From assembly GCF_006345805.1 (NCBI RefSeq), contig NC_043009.1, positions 13,206,001 through 13,270,000 on the forward strand: DNA of 64,000 nt, written 5' to 3'. The notes beneath the pieces are model-generated. The model searched no databases. It was not told the DNA's origin and saw nothing but the letters and a program-made list of their open reading frames with translations. The DNA is from Octopus sinensis. Its lineage: Eukaryota. The stretch's first letter is position 1; each line of letters starts with the position of its first letter. This document shows positions 27,925 through 41,203 of this stretch, piece after piece. Position numbers and translations under genes: made by a program.

Positions 27925-28292
27925 CAAAGACCGAAATTTTAGATAGCAGTAGTGGTCGATGGCATTGACCACAGAGCTTAACCGGTATTTATTTTATTGA
28001 GCCCGAAAGGAGGAAATGTATATTCGACTTCGACGGAATTTGACCTCGTAACGTAAAGACATTTTGGCTGGCGTGCAAACGATTCTTTTCTAGTATAGAC
28101 ACAATGCCTTAAATTTGGGGGTGGGGGCCAGTCGATTAGACCGACCCCATTACGCAACTGGTACTTAATATATCGACCCCGAATGGATGAAAGGCAAAGT
28201 CGACACCGGCAGCATTTGAACTTAGAATGTAGCAACGGGAAAAATACCGTTAAGCATTTCGTCCAGCGTGCAAACGATTGTACCAGCTCTCC
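27925..28292 (-). mobile_element. Two adjacent or nested SINE family C copies
   Basis: Core GAAAGGCAAAGTCGAC..GAACTTAGAATGTAG at ~28190, with an older copy at ~28000. Confidence 0.75.
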
Positions 28293-30320
28293 ATCTTCTT
28301 ACATTGTATGATAATATAATAATTTTTCTATCGTTCGTGCTATAATCTAAATTAACTTAAAATAGAAATCAATAACTTTATAACAGTCTTCCTAGTGATC
28401 TTTACGTGTTAGTGGAACATCACCAAGACAAGTGGAGATGTTTAACTAACTCGGGTCCGAATTCACCAGTGATGGAAGGCAGGATGCTGGATGGATTTGA
28501 TCCTGGAATTCCAGGCGCTGAAACAGTAATGCAGCATTTCTATCCACACCTGTCATCAGGTATGTTTGTTAATGCCTGTAACAATATTGTAGCAAAAATA
28601 TGTGGCCGGAATGGGGTGACTGTGATGGGTCAGCAAAGCAAAGTTATCCAATAGGGTGCGTAGCACGGAGACAAATGGAGATGCTTCAAATCGAGGAGTT
28701 ATTTCTCTGTATTGAGAGTGCATAGTACCGGTAATTAGATTATCACAGGAACAATTGTGAGATGGATTCTTGAAGCTGTGCTAAATACCGCAGACCTAGG
28801 TATAGGTCAAGAAGGAGATCATTGAATAATATCTATATTCTCAGTTGGTCGCTGTTGGTAATCAAACCAGTAAGCCCAATGATGGCTGCTTCTGAGTTGA
28901 ATCTATGGAGGAGGGAATGGGGACTCTACCCTCACGACCCTACAAGGAATACTGGGCGGAGATGATGGCTGCAATGGGCAGATCCGTAACGTAGTGCTGC
29001 TTCCACAATGAAAAGGATGAAGTTTGTCATTAGGCTATCTAGTACCGATGAATTCCGTGGTTCCCTGAGACAGAAAAGAAGAGTAAATATGCTATATTTT
29101 CTTCAGTGGATGTGATATTAATTCCTGAATATACTAAGGTATCGTTTCAAAGGAATTCTAATGAAGCAGATATCCCCTTAGCACCCCAGTTGACGAAATT
29201 ATATCACTCTTATTGCAGACACCATCTCAGAAGCTACTGCAATTATCCATACCCTTGAAAATGTCCTAGAATATAAACTGTACCTAAGAGTACATAGCCA
29301 AGCATATTCTTCCATTCAATATCCCAAAATGATAAACCTTGTTTTTATCACGTCTCTCTTTCAATATTTTCAATATCTTTCTCTTCTTTTCTACCAGCAC
29401 TACAATTTCGTACGTACAGTGAAGCTCTATTCTTGAGAACTCCGGTTAAAACTACGTCATTAAACTTGGTATCAGTTGTGAATTTGACAATATTACACTA
29501 AAAAGTTAAATGAATTTAAATTTTCGGACATCAGACACTTTTGATGACGTTCAAAGTGCATACAAGCGATTTCGTGTTCATAGCTCCCTCTTCTACCAAC
29601 AACGTCATTTAGATATTTTTGTCTATTTACAAGTATAGATGTCATATGTCACACTTCATTACAAAAATTCCGACATCGTATTCTTATTCTATTTTCATAA
29701 AATCATAAGATTCGACCGATAATGTCACAGTGTCTAAACGGGCTATCATTGTAACATCGCCCGCATGAACAAATACATCAACGTAATCTGAAAACCTGAA
29801 ACGTTTTCCTGTTGTTCATTTTTTATCTTTTGCTTAGTTTCACATAGTTTCACATATGTCATTGTAATATAGAATCTGAATCTATGCGTACAGTTATATT
29901 GTAATTTTCCATTTTCCAGATCGTAAGTGGAAAGTAGTAAATTTAGTAGAACTTCTAAAATTTGGGATGTCGTACTAAATGACAGTCACCTAAGGACTGT
30001 TATTCATTAGCTAAAAATATCGTTCACCGTCATAGTATGTATCTCACTGACAGAGTTCACCACTCGTATAAACATAGCTAAGGTAAATACATTTACGTTA
30101 AAAATTTAATCAATATGCGATTCTCAATTGAGGAAACAGTCCACATTGGCATATTGCTGATATAAATATACTACACTCCACACACTATATTTTTAAAACG
30201 TAACCTTCCACATTTTCACAACAATTATCTCGGTATGTAGACACATTTCCTCATATAACATCAAGGGCTCCACGTCAAAGATACTACGTTAAACATCTGT
30301 AAATTAGTAAAATTAGATCA

Positions 30321-30757
30321 GGATCTTTTCGGTTTGAACGGCAGTTTTTTAAAATAATTTCCACGTAACTAAACACTTTTAAACTTCGTATACTGGTAGA
30401 ATGTGTTTATAAAACATCTTTTTCTCTTGGCTTTATTGTGAAAATTCTATAGTTTGTAAGATATTTGTTGTTTTTCTTCTTCAATTTCACGAATTTCAAC
30501 CAACCAATGACGTCTATTGAGGTGAAAGCATTCTGTGCTGTATGAATATGTCCCTCGTTTAAGAAACAGATTGGGTTTATTTACATTTTTGAAGAAAAAA
30601 GATACCTTTCCCCCACCCCTAACTCTAACTAATCCTAACTCTAACCCTAACCCTAAAGCACATTGAAATGCAATAGATCGATACTAGGGTCATAATTATG
30701 GGTGACAATTTCATATGACACCACTAGAAAAAACTGCTGGTCAAACCGAAAAGATCC
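30321..30757. mobile_element. MITE with 29-bp TIRs and internal telomere-like repeats
   Basis: GGATCTTTTCGGTTTGAACGGCAGTTTTT versus reverse complement GGATCTTTTCGGTTTGACCAGCAGTTTTT. TTAGA is present on both flanks; (CCCTAA)-like units at ~30617-30656. Confidence 0.85.
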
Positions 30758-32328
30758 TTAGACAAAAATCACAGTTAATAATGAAGCAGGATAATTGAAT
30801 ATCTGGCTTTAAATGTAACACAGACATAATTCAGACATTGTTCAATAATATAAAAAAAATTAGTTTCCATTCCTTACATTGTCTCGGGAAAATGTCTCAG
30901 GTAGTGACATTGCACGATGTGAGACTAACTTTCCGCTTCATGGATTCTCTGTTTTAATCGATTTCGGTTTCCGTGTTCCATCAGTTGCCTTCACTCACAG
31001 CAATTGTCTTACTGAAAAAATATAAACAGTTTAAAACATTCTTTCGTCCCGCACTGAAGGGAACCTTTAACCTACTAACCAGCTATATCATTATATATTA
31101 GAATATTGTGCTATACATTAAATTTATTTTCAATTATTTATTTTCATTTTTATTTCTTTAGAACGGGTATTTATTTTTAATAGTTCATAACGGATATATA
31201 AAAACGTCTTTGATTAAAATTATTAATATTGAAAATAATGCAAGGGCTTGGGAATCAAATAAAGCAATGCTCACCAGATGTCGTTGATAACATTATTAAA
31301 CAATAGATATAAATAAATTTGTAAAATAATTTGAGGGACAGATATAAATTTTTTTAATTATAAGATCTTAATCTCTGCTTATATGTGGCAAATTTCGACA
31401 ATCAATGAATAAATGAACTTTCAGTCAACTAAAATACAACCCAAGATCTTGTAATATAAAGCAGTCTCAAATTCATTTATAAGTTGCTGACATATTCCAC
31501 ATAAAATAAAGCAAGTAAAAATATTGCCTCTGTAAAATAATCGGTAGACATACAGGAGTAAAGTGTTATTTATTCCGTATGTATGAATTATGAACTTTTA
31601 TTATTTTAATCCCTAACAGCAGTTACGCTTCATAATAACTTGTGTATAATGAACAAAATCTAAAGTGGTCTGCCAATATATTTTCAATATTCTGTCAACA
31701 TGTAAGTGATTAAAATCTGCATTAGGGATTAGAAATTCATGTATCGTATAATTCATGGTTACCTAAGAGCGAACGTAATGTGAAGGAAAATACTGAAATT
31801 CTAAAATTAATTTAAATCGGAAAACGAATGAGATTAAAAATGAGATTAATTTAAAAGTGGTATTTTCTAGAAAATAAAATGAATTTGATTCCAAAATTAC
31901 TGGGAACTAATATTAATCTGAATGTAAAACTGACATGATAAATGGGAATTGATAAAAAAATATTGACTTGTGTCTATGCAGAAAATCCAGGGTAACTCTA
32001 TCAATTAAATACTCGGAAAAATACAAAATGTACTTTTTTTAGAAAATAAATTAAATTTATTTTACTCTGATGATAATTAAAAGTATCAAAGCCTGGGAGT
32101 TCGCGAAGACTTTAATTGTGATGAACGAAATAGCATAATTAATAGTTTTCCTTTCTGGTTATACATTTAGAATTGGAAACCGTACGTTAACTCTAAATTA
32201 TAATTTCATTTAATGAAATCATGCTAAGGAGGATGTTATTGAATCTTGCCGCCGTCATCTACCCATCCATATATTTTCGTTGCGTCTTGCATCCTTTTCA
32301 ATAGTCTGGAAAAGGTTGCAACACACAA

Positions 32329-32422
32329 CGAAAATGACTCTCACCAGACACACCAGAACATGCTTCAACACACGAACTCACATAAAGAATCTTGCGAACC
32401 AAATCCAAAACTTATATATATA

Positions 32423-32473
<51 letters not shown>

Positions 32474-32569
32474 TATATATATATAAGTTTTGGATTTGGT
32501 TTGCAAGATTCTTTATGTGAGTTCGTGTGTTGAAGCATGTTCTGGTGTGTCTGGTGAGAGTCATTTTCG
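32329..32569. repeat. Near-perfect palindrome: 86-bp arms around (TA)n
   Basis: 32329-32414 versus 32484-32569, one mismatch seen. Confidence 0.95.
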
Positions 32570-32635
32570 AAAACCGGTGATTGCCGTACGCTGAAGACCT
32601 TAGTGGTTAGCCGTATTGAGATGGCTAGTATACCT

Positions 32636-32707
<72 letters not shown>

Positions 32708-34231
32708 GATATATACACACATGCATGCATGCATGAACAAAGATATATATATATATATATAGAGAGAGAGATGTAAAGAGAGAGAGGGGAAGAAAGAGGT
32801 GGAGATATATGTATAGATTCTATACACATGTTACAGTTGTATACAATGAATAATTTTTTATAGGATAAAATGTATATTGAGAGCTGAAAACACACCGAGT
32901 TCATTCAGAATATGTAGTACAAAAAACATAAATTTCAATTAATACAAACAAATGAAATTTAACACAATGAAACATAATTCTAAATCAACTCCAAAACCTC
33001 TTGCGAAGAAACTAGCATATCAATTCATTTTGTATATACTTCGAATACACCTTACAATATCTAAATCTCTTTAATTGACAGAAGTAGTGCTATGAAAACA
33101 AAATCAGCCCAAGCAGAATGCAATATCTATTCTAGTAATGTTTCACTTTGCAGTACCAAACAACATTATTTCTTTAACCGTTTCCTGTCTTCTGATTTAA
33201 AATATTGTGGTGAACAATGAAAAGACGACGAAATATATATAAAAAAAGTTACAAAGTTCCAAGAAATGACTTCTTTTTTAATACACGCGAATGAAAGCAT
33301 AAACATATCTAAATATTGCCATTTAAAAACAGTTTTTGAGGGGCGAGGAAAATCCCATTGGTTTCCATTGCTTTAAATTCACTTATCAAAAATGATTTCT
33401 AGGCTCTCTGCAAAATTTACCTGAAATCATGCATTATATTTTTCTGTGGCTCACCTGTTGCTAATAACCCAGTGTTTTACACAGTTTTCAAACTGCTTCT
33501 GTAAGAGAATTTATATTAATATTTAAATAACCTTAGTCATTTAAGATAAATAAACAATGCGCAGAATTAAAAAAAAAGCTCAAATTTAATTCTAACGGAG
33601 GTTGTATAGTTTAAATTCATATACGTATTTATCTTCCTACATAATATTAAAGGTAATGATATTTGACATATAAATACAACAGATTCATCAAATTTCACTA
33701 TTGATGAGCTATTTTGGCAATAGGCGGAACTGACAATATTTAAAAACAAAGGTAAATTTACTTTGACGGAAATGGTGGTTAATAAAAACGGTTAATAAAA
33801 TCTGACTCACTGCTGCGATTAATTACATTTCTGCACCCTGTGAAAGACGCTGAGTGAGTTAATGAAGTGAATGTTATATTGATTTCGAACGAATAGAAAT
33901 GAAAATTATGATGGTTTCCTTTAACGACGTTCTTATATAAATAAATCTTAATTGAGTTTAGCCCGTTTTCTACCATATTTTAAGAAATAAAAAACACAGA
34001 TAAGGTCATTTGATACTAAAATGTTCCAGAAAATAGAAATTAAATATATTTCATTAATAAAGTAACTTAATGAATGATGAACAAGACCTAATACAGAAAA
34101 TTTCTTTAACAATTAATAGCCATGGGAATTTATCTTAGAAAATATCAATACTTATTTCGACCCTAGAAAGTATAAAACCTCAGCCAAGACGGAAAGTTTC
34201 AAACATTGTATAGCTTAATATTAAGATTCTG

Positions 34232-34460
34232 ATTTCTTTACTGCCCACAAGGGGCTACACACAGAGGGGAAAACAAGGACAGACGAACGGATTAAGTCGA
34301 TTATATCGACCCCAGTGCGTAACTGGTACTTATTCAATCGACTCCGAAACGATGAAAGACAAAGTCGACCTCGGTGGAATTTAAACTCAGAACGTAGCGG
34401 CAGACGAAATACCACTAAGCATTTCGTCCGGAGTGCTAACGTTTCTGCCAGCTCGCCGCC
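34232..34460 (-). mobile_element. SINE family C, full length
   Basis: Reverse complement GGCGGCGAGCTGGCAGAAACGTTAGCAC...GAGGTCGACTTTGTCTTTCATCGTTTCGG. Confidence 0.9.
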
Positions 34461-36599
34461 TTTATAGCTTATATATTCTGGCTTAATATCCTGGACACAT
34501 CTGTTACTCATACCACAATTCAGTCAAACGAGAGCAGTTAAGTGATAACATTTGCAGATTAAGATTTACCAGAGCGGGAAATAATAATTATTAATATTTA
34601 TGATGTTCGTGGGTCCCTTGCGCATTATTCTGTATTTCAATTAACGTGAGTTCTCATAGCCAGCACTAATGGTGTACGGACTTAAAACTTATATTAGGAG
34701 GTTACTTTCGTCTACAGAGAAAATAATATATAGATGCAATCTACCCACAAAACATCGTGTCATCATAAGACAGCATATAAAGTTCGATATGTTATTCAAT
34801 GGCAACTTTACTTAAAAACATAAAATAGATTTTCTTGCTCTCTATCTGAGTAGATTTCATATCTATCATGCGTACATACACAATTGCTTCATGGTTTCAG
34901 CGCACGCAGTTCAACCAGCAGGACTGCACTAAACGTAAATTTTCGTACTACATATTCCTATTACTATCATGTTTCAGATTCACCATTTACGGACCCATCA
35001 TCACGTTTTTGTTTCCGTATAGTAATTTAAAATGATGCTCTTGAACACAGATTCCGTTTTCAAAACTTGTCCCATAAAATTCACACGGAGATTTGCCTGA
35101 AGCATCAAATGAAAGTTTACATTCAGTTACATTCCTCATGATAGTAAAACACTTATATTACATTAATAATGCAGTCATGCATTGTATAAGATGCAAATTT
35201 ACATTCAATTAGTTTTCATTATAGATCGTCATAAGTAAACAAATTATCAGCGTTTTAGTCTCATCAAAGTGTCCGTATATCATCAGCAATTTAATATGGA
35301 TTGCTGGTGTTTCAAATGGATCCCTTTGTACAATAGTGCTTTAATAACAGAATAATTCACGATAATAAATTACTGCTGCGTTGGCTTTCTTCGACATGTG
35401 CCGCATCAAATTTCATAAGTCTTTTCATTCCTTAACGTTTCTCTAGAGACAAGTTTTATAGTCTGTTGTGTTAAAATAGAACAACTCATTAAAACGCTGC
35501 ATTCTACATCCTGCATGTTTCTTATTAGATGTAAGTGACATTGTGAATCAGTGCAAATAGATTATATCCTCACATGTGCGATCGAACTTACACATTCTAA
35601 TAAAAAAAAATCCACCTAAGTCTGACAGACAATTGTCCCGAACTCCCATTTTCCAGCACATGTTGGAGCTTTATGTCGAACCACCGTTACTCGCTTAAGG
35701 CGCCACTTCATCATAATTTACAGAGACTGGTGCCTAATTGCTTCTTAAGTACTTCTGTTTATCAACTACATAGAGTGAATACATAATGGAACATATGTTC
35801 CAATATTAATAGGGGTAAACAATTGAGAAAGACGAGAAAAAAACAATACCCGTAACTTTTACAATGCACCTGTAGCCTGAAATAATATAGCATTTGATAG
35901 GATGTAAAAAAAGGGAATGTTCCTCTGCGTGAAAATTGCGCAAGTTCTCAACTTATGACATTAAGAAACTAAAGTGTAGTATAATGCACTTTATGGTTGA
36001 TGCAAAGGAAGGTAAAAATAAGTGTTGGCGAGCGTCATACATTAAAAAATATAACTGATAGTTTTTCGAATTAATGCATAATTATTTATGTGACTCAGTG
36101 CAAAATTATATGAGTGTATGTCAATTTCAAGACCAGTTTTTATAGAAAACACAAAATGGAAATATATGTTGATAGCTAAGTGGTTTAGAAACTTTAAAAT
36201 ATAGAGCACCCATTAACCGAATTTGTCCACCGAAAACAAGGTTGCAGATATTGAAGCTGCTGTAATATAGTTATTTTTTTCATAACTGTTCTAAAGCGGT
36301 CTTTTGCCACTGATGTATCTGTCTTCTGACGACGAATGTCGCTCTGACATATTGTTATACTTCGAAGTCGTCGATAGAATGGTTCTATCTGGCTCTGTAC
36401 GACCACCAGTCGTACAGTGTTATTATCCTGAAGGGGTTGGTTCGTTATAACCTCCACTCAGTATCACAATATAATTACTATCTCAACACACACACGACTA
36501 TGAACACAGTCTAGAAGTACTCCCCACCTTCCTGACTTTATCCTGTCGACCAGCTATTTATGATGGCTGTATCCTACCATTATTTTAGCCGAATAGAGT

Positions 36600-36870
36600 G
36601 TACAGATTGACTATAAAACATCTTCACTTTTAATCCTTTTATTTAACAACCAATTCTTTTTATTCAACCCACCTTCTCATGATTGATCGCTCAATCGCCA
36701 TGATCTTATTCTCTCTTTGTTTATTTCTTCATATTCCTTTCTGTTGAAGAGTGTAGATTAGAAACGTAAAAAAAATTAATTTTCTCATTTTCACGAGCGT
36801 CAAACTATTATACTTGCTTGTTGTGCATACACCAGTTTTCGTCTTTTCTTTTTCTGTAAATTTCAACTCT
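36600..36870 (+). mobile_element. Probable Penelope-like pseudo-LTR remnant ending in a TA-rich microsatellite
   Basis: Degenerate minimal hammerhead-like CTTT-CTGTTGA-AGAGTGTAGATTA-GAAA-CG-TA-AAAA at 36737-36772. Confidence 0.4.
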
Positions 36871-36883
36871 ATCTATCTATCTA

Positions 36884-36914
<31 letters not shown>

Positions 36915-36973
36915 CTATATATATATATATCTATATATATATATATCTATATATATATATATCTATCTATCTA

Positions 36974-37056
<83 letters not shown>

Positions 37057-37059
<3 letters not shown>

Positions 37060-38630
37060 TTTTATTACCGTAAGGTTGGTCATTTACATCTCGCGACCTC
37101 AGGCCATTTAGTGTAGCTGTTCACTGCTATTAAGTAATAATATCCATTTACCGGGCCTGCAAAATCAATATGCAATCGGAACCATGGTATTTTCACCTCA
37201 GGCCAAAGTTCACATTTTGTAGTAGGTAGTTTCACTGCCAGCGCAACCCACTTGAGTCTTTTACCAGTTTTTCAACTTCCTGGATCATGCTTAATCAGTA
37301 TACGAAACTTCGCATCAGCACTTTCATTATAAAAATGGATGAATGTCCCACATTAAACCCTGTTAGCATTCTCTTCTGTAATGTCTGTGGTATGACCACC
37401 CTCTGCATGTACACTTGTACACCATCAGGTATGGCGTACACGTTCTCATCTTGGCAGTTCCTTGCATCAGATCTTTTTTTTATATTTCCTTTCGTCGACC
37501 AGTTTTCTTTTTGTCTCATTAATAAATTCATCATTTCTCGCATTTCTTTTTATTTCTTCCGAAGTTACTGTTAGTTCACGCACGATGTTCCACATCACTA
37601 TTTTTTGTTTCAGTTCATCGACATCTCGATTATTTGACTTCTCCAGGTATCATTGCACAAAGTGGTTGTGGGTGCATCTCATAAGCTAAATTTCTCCTTA
37701 ACTTCGGTGCCAAGTAAATTCATGGATTTTTCAACACATAAAAATTTACTTTTTTGGTTCGACCTTTGAACATTATATTTCAAACGCATTCGCATGTGAA
37801 ATATAATTCTCTTCCCGTAACACTGAACGGTATTTTTTTTCAACTACATAATTTTGGTTTATCCATTTGTTTCCATGTTTTCTCGTTTATGGTTGTGATA
37901 ACCCTTCCCGCCTCTACTTGCATTCTCACGTTCACGAATTTTCTGTTCTTTTGTAGTTACAATTTTTTCTGCTGACAGACTATAGATTTTTTATTGTTTG
38001 TTTCACTTTCCTATCATTTTAGTTTTCCAGTGCGATTTTATATGTTCCGTAAACCCGTAGTGAAAATACTTATTTTTATACGGACAATCTTTTTTCAGGT
38101 GCATCCCACCACAAGCCATACGTGGGTCTACATCCCAAATATTTTTTCTGGTCTTCCTGCAACACTTTGTCTTCCGACCTTCTTAAGCGGAAATACTCTT
38201 TCCGTTGAATTTCTTCTGTATCGTGCCTTATAATATCCTGTTACACTCATCAGACATTTTCTGTATAGTCAAATCCTGGTTTATATCAAGTTTTCATAGA
38301 ATATCCTTTCGGATTCCTGCATTACTTTTAACTGTCAATCCTTATGCAAAAATTAATCAGTTGAAAGAATCTGGAGTAAGAATATCTAGCCTAAATCTCT
38401 CACATTCGTTGTTGAGTCTTCCTGTGTAAACAGTGAAGTCTTCATCTTCGCTTTTTTCTATATTTAAACATTTCACTAAAAGAATTCCACAAAATATCTA
38501 CTCTCTCGGTAAAATCTATGTCGGACACATTTTTTGGCAATATGAAGTTACTATACTTCTCATGCTATGCTCTCGCTAGTTTTCATAACACTAGACGCAA
38601 TTTCATTTCGTCCGTCATGTAAAGTCAGTC
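37057..38630 (-). mobile_element. Gypsy/Ty3 LTR retrotransposon remnant (gag with Zn knuckles, integrase; RT apparently deleted)
   Basis: Minus-strand ACGGMHLKKDCPY knuckle (~38100), RVVIPQTLQKRML..GH..MKVLMRSFVY, and PWFRLHIDFAGPVNGYYYLIAVNSYTKWPEV (~37100-37190). Confidence 0.85.
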
Positions 38631-39477
38631 TTTAAAGATCTGTGTTGATATGTGAAGTTGTTAAATTTTACCTTGCTCTTTCTTTTAAAGCGTCACTTTA
38701 AAGCTTATATATGAAATAGCCTGATGAAGGATATTTTACTGGTGAGTCCAAAATATGGCATTAAGAGTAAACAACTTTGAAAGAAATATACGATATTAAA
38801 TTTGTTGAAGAGGCTGTATGACAACATTAGCTAAACTCCAGATGTCTCTTCTGTACTAATGGACGCATTCAAATATTACTCTATCATACTCTCACATATC
38901 CTGAACTACGTATATTTTACAATAAGTAAACATCTTTGACGACCAGCTCTATAACATAGTTCCTAATTTAGTAACTTTCATTTTATGGAAACACATATTA
39001 TATACTGCTTTTGACGAAATGATCTAACGCTACGAATTGTGCCGATGTGTTTAAGTATAATTGAAATAACCAATTATTTCGATATAAGTTTCCATGGGAC
39101 TAAAAATTAATAGGGGTAGTATCAAAATATATATTATACATGAGTACACGAGTAAAATGATCAAGCTAGGTGTCATCTCTGAAAATAATGCTTATACACA
39201 TAATTACAACGTAAGATTTATGTTGGTGATTTTGGTGTAATTTTACGGATCCAGTGTATTTGAATTCTAGAAATATTTAATTGATAGTTTCGCAGAATTT
39301 CATTTGCACATCTACTAAATTCATGTGTAATTGGTAATAAATTCCTGACCTGTATATTCGTTCTCCTCGGGAGTCTGAAATACGCGTGGATGATTATGTC
39401 ATCGGCATACATGATCAGACAAGTAAACAAAGCAAAATTATTCAATTTTCAGAAGGACATCATCATCTTCAACAAGA

Positions 39478-39537
<60 letters not shown>

Positions 39538-39871
39538 TAAACACACTCACACATTTAATTAGTCAGGTTTATGTCCGGTAATGGAATGGTCAATGGTTTC
39601 GCATCTACATTGGGCATGGCCTCGTAGACGACTCATCTGACTATAAAGCCGAAGACAAAAGTAATTCTTCATCTCTGCTTCCCAGAGATGATGATTTACA
39701 ATCCTTTTCGTCTTTAGATTCTGACTAGCCTTCAATGAAGTTTAGCCCTCTGTGGATGTGATAGCACTGGTCACTCGAGGACAAAACATAGACTTAACTA
39801 CATATAAATACATTACTGCTCTATACTTTATAGTGTGTTCCTTTGCCGGCTTTATGTGATAACCTGATGAC

Positions 39872-39907
<36 letters not shown>

Positions 39908-40237
39908 TTTGGAAAAATTAAATGAAAAGTGTTTTAAAAGAATATTTGCATAGTATTCAAATACAAGGGGCATTTTCCTTGTTTCTGCTGGTCTCTGTCT
40001 CTCTTGTTTACTTACAAGAGTTAAATAAGAGAGACAGAGACAAGCAGAAACAAGGAAAATGCCCCTTGTATTTCATTTCAATACTATGCAAATATTCTTT
40101 TAAAAATTTTCACTTGATTTTTCCAAAATTTAATTGTTTTCCAATGCTCACAGTTGAAAAACTTTCAATAAACGAAACCGGTACTGATATGATTTTTATG
40201 TAATTATCTTAGCATTTTCTACCTTGACTTTCTTCCG
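39908..40237 (+). mobile_element. Palindromic Penelope-like remnant between (TA)n tracts
   Basis: Arms 39908-40010 and 40022-40127. The one-sided extension contains CAG-TTGAAAA..AAAC-GAAA-CCGG-TA-CTG, a decayed hammerhead-like motif. Confidence 0.65.
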
Positions 40238-40269
<32 letters not shown>

Positions 40270-40315
40270 GCATATATATGTATCTATGTTGTGTGTATGT
40301 TGCATCTATGTATGA

Positions 40316-40442
<127 letters not shown>

Positions 40443-40726
40443 TTCAATATATAATTACATTTACCGTATCCTCGGGCAATCTTGTCATGCAAAATAAAAC
40501 GCGTTACAGTAAGTGACTCTCTTTTTTCCTTCTTAGTTTTTTTGGTTCATAGAACTATTATCAAGGTGGCTTCCTCATTCACCCGTGGCATCCTTGCTAC
40601 ATTATGCCATCTTTTTTTTGAAACATTCACTAGAGAAAACCTCCCTCTCTACTCTCACCTTCTTCTTCAAGTGATGCATATGTATGTATGTGTATATAGA
40701 CAAACGTATATGTTTATAAATGTATA

Positions 40727-40774
<48 letters not shown>

Positions 40775-40986
40775 GACTAATATAGGATAAAATGTTTTTC
40801 GGGAAAAAAATTTCATCAATGGCCAGCATATCAAAAAATACCTTTAAAGGTTAAATTTATGAATAATTTACAAGATAAGGGCAAAAGAAAAATTCTAATG
40901 CCAAATATGCCGAAACAAAAATTGTCAATAACCATTATAATTTATGTGTCTCGAAACAAACCGATATAAATTTCTAAAACATTCGT

Positions 40987-41050
40987 TATTACCGTATTGG
41001 TCCAATTTCGGAGTTATTCATAAGAATTTTCTCCTCTTCAGCGGCAAATA
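40987..41050 (-). ncRNA. Type I hammerhead ribozyme (mirror copy)
   Basis: Exact reverse complement of 41140-41203. Confidence 0.85.
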
Positions 41051-41139
41051 CGCGAGATATAAGTGAAATACTTACTCATACCCATGGAAAAAGCAAGCAC
41101 TTGCATGGGTATGAGTAAGTATTTCACTTATATCGCGCG

Positions 41140-41203
41140 TATTTGCCGCTGAAGAGGAGAAAATTCTTATGAATAACTCCGAAATTGGACCAATACGGTA
41201 ATA
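41140..41203 (+). ncRNA. Type I hammerhead ribozyme, intact core
   Basis: TATTTGCCG-CTGAAGA-GGAG(aaaattcttatgaataa)CTCC-GAAA-TTGGACCAA-TA-CGGTAATA. Predicted cleavage after 41195 (AUA). Confidence 0.85.

Noticed and set aside
28400-29095. GC-richer block with a minus-strand splice-acceptor-like site near 29066
   Set aside because: No sustained reading frame or recognisable motif.
38716-38765. CTGATGA-AGGA..TCC-AAAA hammerhead-like string
   Set aside because: GAAA is missing and stems I and III do not pair.
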